From contig JAWQFM010000007.1 of the NCBI GenBank assembly GCA_033442325.1, forward strand, positions 228,735 through 292,734: a stretch of 64,000 bases of DNA. The letters run 5' to 3'. Position numbers and translations under genes: made by a program. The notes beneath the pieces were generated by a model that was not told the origin of the DNA, did no database searches, and saw nothing but the letters and a program-made list of their open reading frames with translations. This DNA comes from Salpingoeca rosetta. Its lineage: Eukaryota > Protista > Choanoflagellata. Of the stretch, positions 18,603-44,573 are shown one piece after another; the first letter of the stretch is position 1, and each line of letters starts with the position of its first letter.

Positions 18603-21600
18603 ATGAAGAAGCGTAACAAGAACGCAGCCAAACCACCAGCAGCGACTATGACAACAACACCACCAGCACCGTCACTTCGCTTCACGCCCACGATGGCGCG
18701 TGTTCTCGGCATCATCGCGTCTTGCCTGCTGCTGGCAGCAGGCTCAACTGCACAGTCCCTTCGCGATTTCGAGATTGCACACGCCGGATCCACAGACAGC
18801 CCTGCTCCTTCATGTCAGACCCGCTACGCCCCACGCGTGTACGCTGCAGACCCGCCGTGTGGGTTCCAAGACAGGGATGGCACCGTCAGGCTCAGCACAG
18901 GCATTGATCCGGCTGTGCAAGGCGATGCGAGGGCCACGTGCGCATTCTGGCTTCCGTTTACCGTCGCCCACAACACCACCACCCCTGGCCCCAACGGAAC
19001 GACAATCATCACCACAACGTCGTCCTTGAAGTGGTCCTGCTCGTGGCACGGGTGCGAGGCGTCTGCGACGGTGGTTGACGGGGGCAACGCGATTGTGTGC
19101 GCGGTGCCGGGCAACATGCCGACGAACATCACGGCGACGGGGCCGGACGGCAGCCAGGCCGTGCGGGTGACGGTGCGGGTGTGGCACGCGCAATACGCGG
19201 GCGGCAGCGGGGACAGCGCGTGCCAGTCGCACGGCGGAGAGCCACCGGCGCTGTGGGACCAGCACGACTACGTGGTGGCGCACCGCAGCTGCGGGTGCCC
19301 GCCCGGCGTCGGCTACGTCGAGTGCGAGGAGCCCGACATGTGCCGCACGCACCGCTGCCTGGCGCACCCGCGGGCGGTGTGCGAGGTGAGCCACTGCGGG
19401 GTGTGCGCGGTGCGGTTCTACGCGGAGAAGCGCAGCTCGTACGAGGGCGTGGCGCCGCTGGACTGCCTGCCGCGCGACAAGTGCACGGGCGAGTGCCGCA
19501 AGGAGTTTGAGGCGTGCTCGCAGTACACCGGGTGCAGGGAGGCGCTGTACCGGCTGGTGGACGAGCGGGCGTCGTCCGGCACGTGCAACGGCACATGCCA
19601 CGAGCGGCTGGCGGTGCCGACGGAGCCCGGCCGCACGCTGTTTGACCGCGTGTGGTCCTGCTACCGCACGTGCGAGGAGCGGGAGACGGTGCACACGGTG
19701 TGCGCGCTGCCGCCGCGGGCCGGGCAGTGCAAGGGGCGCATGACGCGGTGGTACTTTGACAGGATCACGGGCAAGTGCCGGCAGTTTGCGTATGGCGGGT
19801 GCGGCGGCAACGGCAACAACTTTGAGACGAGGGAGGCGTGCGAGCAGCGGTGCGAGCTCGGGGCGTGCTGCACGCGGCGCACGGTGCTGGACGACGTCGG
19901 GTACGACGCCAACGGGTACGACCAGTTTGGGTACGACCGGCGCGGGTATGCGCGGGACGGGTTCTCGCGGCGGCCGTGGACATACGCGGAGTTTGTGCGA
20001 AACACGTTTGACCTGTTTGGGCTGGACGAGCGCGGGTACGATCCGCGCGGGCTGGACGGGTCTGGGTTCTCCGTGGACGGCATGTCGCAGAACATGAGCC
20101 GCGACGGCCTGCAGTTTGAGTACCTGGAGGAGCAGATGTACGACGCGTGGGGCGTGGACAGGGCCAACATGAGCAGGCAGGGCTTTGACCTGCGCGGGTA
20201 CGGCTACAACGGGCTGTACCGGCAGGCAGAGTACACGTGCCAGCAGACGACGCGGGAGCAGTGCCAGGCGCTGGAGGAGGGCGATCCCAACACAGACGTG
20301 GTGTCGTTTGTGCGCGGGGTGGCGTGCGGGGACAGGCAGTGCGGCAACCCGCAGTGGCAGGAGCCGCGGCAGTGCATCTACCAGGGCCGGCGGTACAACT
20401 ACGGCGAGACGTTCCGCTACGCCTGCCAGTGGTGCGTGTGCGGGACAGACGGGGCGGTGACGTGCCAGTGCACGCCGCGGCGGCGCCGTGAGATAAGGGA
20501 CCTGACGCTTGACGAGGTGCAGACGTACATTGACGCCATCTGGCGCCTGTACAACAGTGGCAACAGGTGGAACGAGTTTGTCAACATGCATCTGGGCGCG
20601 GCAACCACAGCGCATGGCAACCCGACCTTTCTCCCCTGGCACCGAGAATTCACAAACCAGTTTGAGCTTGCGCTGCGGGAGGTGACTGGCAACTGCGACT
20701 TCACGCTGCCCTACTGGGACTGGACAATCGACAGCAGCTCGCCCGAGACCTCGCCTGTGTGGAATCTCATTGGCGGCAATGGCCAGGGTGGCAACAACTG
20801 CGTGCAAGACGGCCCCTTCGCCGGCTTTCGTCCGTGCCTCCGTCGAAACTGGGATTCAAGCGTGTCGATTCCTTCGATCGCAGATGTGACCAACGTGCTG
20901 AGAATCCGGGATTACACCACCATGTCGGCACGACTCGAAGCCATTCACGGCAACGCCCACAACTTCATCGGCAGTCAAATGTCCACCATGTCTGCACCCT
21001 ACGACCCTGTCTTCTTCTTGCATCACGCATACGTCGACAAGCAGTGGTACGACTGGCAAGTCGTGCTCGGAAACGGCAACGACTTTACACCTGAGCGACT
21101 CCACGACACGATGGACCCGTTTCCCAAGACGCCGGCAGACGTGCTTGACAGCGAGGGCCAGCTGTGCGTGGTGTACGAGCCGCCTGGCCGCACGCCGCCC
21201 TGCAACGAGGCACTCTTTGGCGGTTCCTATGAGACAAAGGGATACTACGCACCCGGTGCCCGGCCGCAGTACGACCGCGACGGCTACGACAGGGATGGAT
21301 ATGACAGGCGTGGACTTGACAAGCTCGGGCGGAACCGGGATGGGGTGCGTGTTGGCGGGGTCACTGCGACGGGGTTCAACACGGCCGGAGTGGACAGCCG
21401 CGGGTGCAGCATCATGCATCCGATGCCGCTGTACATGCGCGACGTGTTCCAGGCGCAGCGGGAGCTGTACCGGCGCATCCAGGCCAACGCATATGTGCAG
21501 CCCGCGCGCACGTGCAGCCCACTGCAGCCGCTGCCGGCGTGGTGGAAGGCGTCCATGTGGATGTCGCGCGGCGGGCTGTACGGGGCGATCATGGATGCGT

Positions 21601-23367
21601 ACGAGGCGTACCTCGAGGAGGCGCTGGTGAGGCAGCCGGACGAGTGGCAGCGGGACAGGACGCAGTCGCAGCCGTCGATCCTGGAGGACCTGTGCTTTGC
21701 GGCGGACGACCTGACGCTGCGGCAGGACGACAGCTGGCGGCCGGGCGACGACTACCAGTGCCCGCCCGGCTTGCCGCGGCAGAACTGCGAGTGGAATCCC
21801 TGTGCGAATGCGACGTGTCCCGGGTCGCCGGACGCGACGTGCTGGGTGAACCCCTGCGGGCGGTGCCGGCCCGAGTTCTACCGGGAGGACGGGTCGCGTG
21901 CGCGCTGCTACTCGACGTGCCCGGTGGAGGAGGGCACGTGCACGTTTGACCCGTGCGCGTATGCGACGTGCGAGGCCAACCCGGAGGCCGTGTGCGAGAC
22001 GAGCCCCTGCGGCGGGTGCGAGGTGGAGTGGAGCGACCCTGAGACGGGCGAGCCGGTGACGTGCGATGTTGAGCCGGACTCGTGCGCTGCGCAGGGCCAG
22101 ACGTATGTGTGCGGGGAGGACGGGCAGACGTACGACAACGTGTGCTATGCGCGGGAGGCTGGGGTGAAGATTGCGTACGGGGGGCTGTGCGTTGCGTGCG
22201 AGCGGCTGTGCCCGCCGGAGGGGATGGCGGCCAAGGCGTGCGGCGAGGACTGGCAGACGTATGCGTCTGTGTGCCACGCGCGGTGTGCCGGGGTGAAGGT
22301 TGTTGTACACGGGGGCGTGCCGGCCGCTGCCTGTGACGTGTGAGCAGGTGAACTTCTTCAAGGCGTCTGACGCGGGGCGGCAGCAGCTGTGCAACGAGCA
22401 CACGTCGTGCCTGACGACGGTGGCGCGGAGCGCGGACAACCGGTGTTTCTGGAACGAGGACACGCGGCGGTGCAGCTGCCAGCCGTCGGACGTGGTGTGC
22501 ACGGCTGGTGCGCACGAGTGTGCGCGGTGCTGCAACGACGACCTGCGGCGGTGCCTTCGCTGGGGGCAGGACAGCGTGGACACGTGCTGGCGGGAGGCGT
22601 ACGTTGCGTGCACGGTGCAGTGTGCGGAGGAGTACGATGCAGCCAAGCTGCCGGTAGCCGCGGCCTCTGTTGGCAGTGTTGATGATGGCGATGGCGGCGA
22701 TGGCGGCGATGGAGGGATTAACATCTTCCTTGGAGACGATGACATGGTGCACAGCGGTAACGACACGAACAGCACTGCGCCTGGCCCCACTGGCCCGCTG
22801 GACACGGTTGTGTTCCGTGTTGGGCTGCGCGGACGCCCGAGCACGACGATGGACGCGGCGCAGTTTGCGGAGGCGACAAGCCTTGCTGTTGGGCGGGCGT
22901 CGTTTGTGCCGTCGGCGATGCGTGTAGTTGGGGCGAGCGCGATGGCTGCGGAGCGGCTGGGCAACACCACGGCCGGGGTTGAGCTTGAGGTGAACGCGGA
23001 GAGCAGCGACGGGTACGCGGTGCAGGCTGCGCTTGAGGCCGCGGTGGTGGAGGGCCGGCTGGCAAAGGAGGTGGCCATCTACACCGGCAGCGCCACCACA
23101 GACGACGTCATGCTGGTTGGAGCTGTGGAGGTGATTGAGCCACCAACCACGCCTGCACCGACTGACGATCCAAAGGTCAACCCACGTGAGTCCGATGCAG
23201 CCATCCCGATCCCAGCCATTGCTGGTGTTGTTGCGGCCCTGATTGTAATTGTCGGCTGCATTCTCGCTGTCGCAATTGTTCGCAAGCGCTCATGTGTCCG
23301 CCCGAAAGCGTCAGAGTCGACGTCGCCTGCTGGGCCGCGTGGCGTCACCACCGTTGGCGACAACTGA
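18603..23367 (+). CDS. Intronless multidomain tyrosinase, copy A (signal peptide, IPT-like, Cys repeat, Kunitz, GYD repeats, VWC, tyrosinase, Cys repeats, 2 Kazal, TM); 1-nt frameshift at ~22303
   Basis: ORFs 18603-22343 and 22300-23367 together match copy B. Kunitz domain ~19701-19853 (FAYGGCGGNGNNF). CuA NMH..AHG..FLPWHR and CuB IHGNAH..DPVFFLHH. Kazal motif VCGEDGQTYDNVC. TM IAGVVAALIVIVGCILAVAIV-RKR. The real start may be 18693. Confidence 0.88.
19031..23115 (+). repeat. Left arm of ~4.1 kb inverted duplication
   Basis: Reverse complement of 34461-38544. Paired coordinates sum to 57575 before and 57576 after position ~22303, so the arms are colinear apart from a single 1-nt indel. Confidence 0.95.
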
Positions 23368-23379
23368 TCTGAACCATCG

Positions 23380-23448
<69 letters not shown>

Positions 23449-24013
23449 TGTGTGTTCTGATGCTTGCGATTGTGATCCTTGTACATGCGGTCATTCTTTT
23501 TGCTCTTTGCTGTGCATAGTCTCAGTTTCCCGCGCTGCTTACACAACTGTGTTCTGCCTACACGATCGCCCTTGCCCTACTGATAGCGCCTGTGTATGTG
23601 GGTTTTGTTCTTCCTACCATCGTGGGGTCTCTCTTGTCACCCGTGCGTGCATTGCGGCTGTTTTGTTTGGGAAGCCCCTCTCAAGATTGCTTCATGATGC
23701 GTGCTGCTGGTGCTCTGTTCATCATAGAATGTGCAAACTGTACAATTGCGGCAGATCCTATCAACAGTCATCAAATACGCGTGGTCAGAGGCAAGGCTAA
23801 ATGTGTGTATGTGTGTTGGGGGGAGGGGAACATATGGAAGAAAGCATCATCAAGCTAATGAATCTCACAAAAACGACAGGGACACAAGGCTGGCAAAGCG
23901 GAAGCTGTGAGCGGCACAACAAGGCAGAGCAGCAAGAAATGCTCTGCCCACATGATATTAAGGCAAAGTGACATTGGGAATGGCACTACAGAAAGGGAAT
24001 GCGCGCTACACAC

Positions 24014-32913
<8,900 letters not shown>

Positions 32914-34208
32914 GTGAACAGCAGCGAGGAAGCCCCGCAACCGAGAATGTCCGCGCCCGCAGCAGAGCGCGGGTGACAAGAGCGTCGCGGATGGAATCAC
33001 AACCACGCGCTTCCAGGCCCCAGCATGCGACTACGCAGGAAGAGCAGGAACAGCGCGCGTAATCAGCAGGCGCAGGAGAGGGGTGAAGACGGAAACGACA
33101 CGCCCGAGAGCCGTGCTGTAGATGGGGACGGCGCCGCGCTTCTGCAGTCAACAAGGTGGGATTGTTGCCGTACGCACAGGCACGTACACGCGTACGATCT
33201 GACACGAAGCCAACGCTGATGGGCAAGCAAGAAGCAGGGTACAGAGTGGAGAGCGCCAGACCGTTGTGTGGCCGCAACGTCAAGCACAGGCTCAGCGCAG
33301 GCCGACGCAAAGGTGGAAGCGAGGGGCGGACTTGTCGCAAGATTGTGCGCCCTCTTCGTCTTCTTTGCTTGTTCTTCTTCTTCTTCGCCTCCTTCAGTCG
33401 CTTCACTTGTTGCCGATGCAAGGCACACAATGGAGTCTGATTCTGACGGGTGCGTGCGGTGTGTAGCTCAAGATAGATAGTTACGTCAATCTGCCACCCT
33501 TGTCTCTATGTCTGTCGAGGCATGGGCGAGCGACCTGAGTGAGTGATGTGTGGCTGCTTGCTTGGTTGCTGTGTGTGTGGTTTGTGTGGTGTGTGTGTGT
33601 TTGAATTGGTGGTGTTGCTTGTGCCGTGCGATCACGGAATATTCACGATGCTACCAACAATTCTCAACAAGCACACCACCCAACCACACAAACCAAACGC
33701 CACAACCAACTGCACGCACGCAACGATGTGTGTGTGTGTGGTGTGTGTGTGTGCGTGCTCCCTTGTTGCTTGCTTGCTTGATTGCTTGCTTGCTCCCTCC
33801 CTCGCTTGGTTTGTGCGACTGAGTGTTTACACGTGAGGTTGACCCCGAATGGTGTGGCGGGGCGGAGCGTGCTGCTGGATGACACACCGCCCAAACAGTG
33901 CTTGGCTCACGCACACGCCTGGAACGAGTGAGTGGGTGGCTGTGCGTTTATGAACAGAGCGTAGGCACGCAAGTACACAAGCACGCACGCAAGCGCACGA
34001 GACAACGAGAGATGCACGCCGTGCGTACAGTGTCCATCGAAGCACACAACAGTAAACATGATGGACAACCACGTAAGCCAATTCAAAAACCGATAAGGAC
34101 GCACATCATCTAACCTTCACACAACATGTGAGACAAGGCATCAGGTACGAACAAGAGAAATGTGCAACATCATCAAGATGGCTGTTTCATGTATGCGACA
34201 ACGTCTCA

Positions 34209-39497
<5,289 letters not shown>

Positions 39498-40341
39498 GTT
39501 CTCGAGTTTGCTCCGATCTTTCGCTCCTGTCTTGCCTGTGCCTTTGCCCTCTGGTTCGATGCGTGCCCTCACACACACACACATACATACACACAGACAC
39601 ACACACACACTCTCTCTCTCTCTCTCGCTTGAGCAGCTTTGAGCTCTCTTCTGCTCGCTCCTGCTTGTTCCCCTTGCTCACCTGTTGGTCTCGATGCGAG
39701 TGTGTTGTGCGCTGTGTTGGTGTGATGCACACGGAACGTGTTCTCGAGGATGTGTCTCGCAGAAACCTTGCTCAGATCAGGTGGTCAAGCCGAGAAATGA
39801 ACGGTGCAACACGAACCCACCACCCCAGGTTTTCTCATGCGTTGCTTGCGGATAGCTGGCTTCTGCTTGGGCCCTGCGCTTGTGCGGTTGTGTGCTTGCT
39901 TTAAGTGCCGTTGACGAGCCGAGTGGTCAGCACATTGGCGCGGTGTGTCACGTCACACAACGCCCACAGCACACTGCGTGCAGGCGTGCGTGGCCTTGTG
40001 CATGCATCGCGCTGGTCATGGTTGCTGGTGGCGTGCACACTGTTGTGGGAAGGTCGTTTGTGCGTTGTTGTTTTGGTCTGCGAGGTGCGTGCCAGCAGAA
40101 AAATTGTGGTGTCGTTTGAGAAATTTGCCTAAGCTGTTGTTTTGGACAGTTGAACGCATACACTGCTTCTGTCCATCTTTGGCTGCTGTGTATTTTCGTA
40201 AGAGGCACACACCAACGAACGACAAGCAAGGCAAGGCAAGGAAGAAACCAGAGCCAAGACAGGAACATACCAGAACACAACAACAAAGCAGGTCTGTAGG
40301 CAACGAGGAACAGCGAGCGCAGGTCAAACAAGGCACGTACG

Positions 40342-40429
<88 letters not shown>

Positions 40430-40634
40430 CACAGACACACACACGTTCACAGACACACACACGTTCACACACAAACAGACTGTTCACACACATTCACACA
40501 CACACATTCACAGGCAGTCACCAGCACCGCAGCAGGCCAAGCAAACACCAAACACAGTTCGCGTCCAGGAGAAGGGGGAAAGGAGGGGGAAGAGACGGAT
40601 AAAGGAGGAGTGAGAGAGAGGGGGAAACGACCGC

Positions 40635-41692
40635 TCAGACAGAGTCCTGTGCGCCTTCGTCCTGGCTGCGTGCCTTTCGCGCCATGGCGACGCCAACAAC
40701 GACGCCGACCAGGAGCAGCACGCCAACGACAATGCCGGCAATGGCGCCAACAGAGAGGCCGGCAGCACCAGCAGCACCGTCGCTGCCACCGCTGCCATCA
40801 GAGTCGGAGACGCGTGGGGCGTTGGCCAGGTCGCTGTCCGTGTTGTTTCCGCGGGCAGTGGTGCTAGGTGCAGCCGTGGTGGACGGAGCGTGGCTGCTGC
40901 TGTAGATCATGGTTGGCTCGCCAGAGCCGGAGCCCATGTCCGAGGTGGTGGAAGTGGTGGTGGTGGCGTTCATGGTCGATGTTGTGGTGGGGGCTTCCGT
41001 TGTGGACATGCGGCGTGTGTGGCACTCTGCCTTCCAAATGCAATGGCGGTTGCGGCGGCAAAAGTACTCCCGCTGTCAAGCGCAATATGTATATGTGTGT
41101 GAGTGCGTGTGTGAGTGAGTGCGTGTGTGTGTGTGTGTGTGTGTGAGTGAGCAATGCATGCATGCAGCTCCAATACAGCACGAGCATGTCCCTCAGTGTT
41201 TTCATCCACCGACAACACACGTCAACCACACACGCACCCGCACACACACGCGTACACAAGCACACACACAAGACACAAACACACACACACACATGACACG
41301 AACAAGCACACCCCTCCGCACACACACACATGACACACATGACACAAACACGCGTACACAAGCACACACACACACACGACACAAACACGCATACAACACA
41401 AACTGATCCTCACCTCAATGGAGGCGCACGAGTCGGTCGTGGGGTGGCAGCCATTGTGTGGGTGCCAGGCGCAGCGACGATCGCGCTCGCAGTACATCCG
41501 CCGCGCGTAGTTGCAGTAGTTGAAGCGTGGTGCACAGGAAGCAGACACCGCGCAGCTGTAATCTGCTTTGCATCGGTGCATATCTTGTCCGTAAGCCTCG
41601 CAGTGGTCGTCTTGGCGCATGCCTCCGGCGGAAACTTGCAGGCACAGCAGAGCCAGTATGGCAGCCGAGATGCAGAGGGAAGAAGACAGCAT
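40635..41692 (-). CDS. Small type I membrane protein (238 aa): Cys/Trp modules, Thr stalk with Ser-Gly sites, TM
   Basis: Exons 41692-41414 and 41072-40635 are joined by a phase-0 GT-AG intron. Signal MLSSSLCISAAILALLCLQVSA. TM GAIAGIVVGVLLLVGVVVGVAMA-RK. Confidence 0.85.
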
Positions 41693-43570
41693 CTTGACGT
41701 CTTGCGTGAACGGTTCAGTGATCCAAAAGCGGTGTGAAGACCAGAGTGGCTTTATGGGCGAGAGTCGAAGCAGCGATGACTCGCGAAGAAGAAGGAAGCA
41801 GTTGCCAGGTATCGGGCGACGGTCTTGCAGTGTGTGCGAAGAGAGATGGGCTTGGTCAGCGATCCAAAGGGAGGGTGGCTGCAGCTGGCGTCGGTGGAAA
41901 ATGAACTCATGTCCACACTCCACCTGACATGAAATCCGGGTTGAGCCATGCAGCTGGCCAATGACCAGCACGCTAGCCGCTGGAGTCAACCCCTCCCCCC
42001 CCCCCCCCACACACACACGCAGGCATACATGGTGACCATTCGCCAAAACAAAGGTGCGACCATGGTTTCAGGGCAAGTGACACGAGGCCCGTGCGTGGCT
42101 GCACCCGGCATTGAAAACATTCACATTGTGAGCGGCCTCGTCAATGTGACAATGCCCAAAACGAAGCAGCATGCGAGGCCACTGTTTCCGTCGGCCTGCA
42201 CTCGACTTCAATGTGCTCCTGTCATCACACACACGCGCGGCATTCGTGCAATCGCCAGTGGGCCTACTGAAATGTTAGACACTGCTGGACTGCTCCATGC
42301 CACGTCGCATCAGGTCACCCCAATTGGTGATGCAGCCAATGCTGTGAGGTGAGATGGGGGGTGTCAGGGATGGCTCTGTCTTCACGGGAGCCGAAACAAT
42401 GGGGCGTACTGCAGACACCTCTGCGTGGGTGGTGGCTGATTTTACAAAAATAAGCAGATGAAGCCAAGAGTGCACACAAAGGTGTGTTTGTCTGTTCTTG
42501 TGTGCGCGTGGCACGAACGCGCAAGAGTGGTGCGACGAAGCGACAATGTGCTAATGTATGCTTGCGTGAGGTGGACAATGGCCTCAGCTGTGAGGGTGTT
42601 TTGTGAGCATGTTCCATCTTTGCATGTGCATTGAAGAAATATGGTTCAAGATTTACAACAATTGTCGACACTGCCACTTTTCAGTGTCTCAGTGTTCTGG
42701 TGTTCCACGTGGTTCGAACCCACCAAGCCACCACAGCACCACCACTCACTCAAAGACTCACCCATGCAGCTCACCCTTACTCAGGTCAAGTCAATAATGC
42801 AAGCTGCACTGTGTGTATGGGTGTAGGGATAACGGGCGGCGATATGTACAATGGGCAAGGCTCGCAACAATCATGCACGAGAGGGTGCAGCAAACAGCCC
42901 GGCAATCACAAGGCCGTGCAAGCAGAAGCAACAACAAGACAACAATCGAAGTGCAAGAAGGGAAGAAAGGACGTAGAACAGGACACCAACGCGAGAGAAG
43001 AGTGGAAGGAGAGTGCATCTTGGAACATATGCAAAACAAAAAAGAGCAAAGGCCTTTTTGCTCTTTTGGGCAACAATGATCACAAAAGAGTGGAGACGAA
43101 CAGATGAAGCAATTCCGACATCAGGAAGGAGAGGTTCTAAGATAGGGACGAGAGAGCATGAACTCATGAAGCGATGCACTGATGCAGTTCAGGCCAGTAT
43201 TGTCATGGGGTCACATACAGTAAACTGAAGTCAACGACCCAAGCAAGGTGCGGCGTTTGCACCGCTCCAACAAACAAACCTTCAACAAGGAAATGAGTCA
43301 GGGGCAGGCGCGTGAACATGGTCAACAGAGACAGTAAGGCTGGAAGGGGGCATATGCGGTGTGGTGGTCACTCTAACCAGGAAAGCTGGTGATGGAAACC
43401 AGCCCATCACACCAGCAAGGATCGAGCCAACAACCCAACGCCAACAACAACGCTCCGCAAGGAGGCAAGATTCAACCACACATGCGAGTATGCAGATGCA
43501 TGAGGGAAAAAAAAAAAACAAGAGAGGATGTTCAATCAATGAATCAACAAAGCCGCAAGAGACGAAAAGG

Positions 43571-44285
43571 TTAAATTGACAGGGAGGCGTCACGAGAGAG
43601 GGGGAGGCTGGACGGCGATGACCGGTCATCCGATGACGATGACGAGGATCGGCATCCCTTTCGCCAGGCCACGATGGCGACAATGATGATGATGACAAAG
43701 CCCAAGCCCGCACCAGCAGAGGCGAGAGGCAGCAACAGATCCCCTGCATCGCCCTGCACACCATCGTTTGTGGTGATTGGGGGTGGCTGTGAGGATGCGG
43801 ACGACGGCTGGCCAGCACCAACGCTCCCGCCAGCCGAGCTTGTCGTGGACGTCATTGGCGACGACGAAGACGTAGCATGTGTTGTCGTTGTGGAAATGCC
43901 GGGATTTGTCGTTGTAGTTGTTGTGGTGGTCGTAGTGGTTGTTGTGGTTGTTGTTGTGGTTGTGGTGGTCGTGGTGGTGGTTGTCGTGGTCGTGGTCGTT
44001 GTAGTGTTCGTGGGACAGGTCCATGTGCAGTCGAGGTTCAAGAGACATCCCGTAAACTGCAATGCCAAGCGCAAGAATTGAGGAAAGTGATCCGTGAGCG
44101 CAGCCGCATGATTGAATAGCGAACAGGCGCACGAAGCACAACGAACTAAACTGCATCCATCTCGCACGCACCACCTCCACACCTCTACCGCCCCTTCTGT
44201 CTCTCACTCACCCACACACTCTCACTCTTTGCGTCTCCCATCTCTCTCGCACTCTCACTTCTTGCATCTCTCTACATTCTCCGCT

Positions 44286-44336
<51 letters not shown>

Positions 44337-44573
44337 GCACACGCTGAAACGCACCGAGAGGCCGGCGCAGCCAAATCCTGCTGGGATGCAGCCATCGTTC
44401 GAGTCCCAGTCACAGGCAGCATCCAGTTCGCACAGCAGCTGTGTCAGCAGTGTACCGCACAGGGTTGCCTTGTCCTTGCATTCGCATGCCTCTGCCTTCT
44501 GGTGTCCCATTGTGCACAGTAGCACAAGCAGCACAGGCGCGAGCCAGCTGGAACTGCGCATCATCATCATCAT
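43571..44573 (-). CDS. Small type I membrane protein (~234 aa): Cys/Trp module, poly-Thr stalk, TM
   Basis: Exons 44573-44355 and 44056-43571, phase 0. Signal SWLAPVLLVLLC. Module CELDAACDWDSNDGC...CAGLS|FTGCLLNLDCTWTC. TM AGAGLGFVIIIIVAIVAW-RK. Confidence 0.82.

Noticed and set aside
20478-20495. RRRR as a furin activation site before the tyrosinase domain
   Set aside because: It coincides with the conserved R-R/K-E/N-I-x-x-L start of tyrosinase domains, so there is no independent evidence for cleavage.
18810-23078. Long antisense and alternate-frame ORFs over the tyrosinase genes (also 34440-38741)
   Set aside because: These are shadows of very GC-rich coding sequence and have no motifs of their own.
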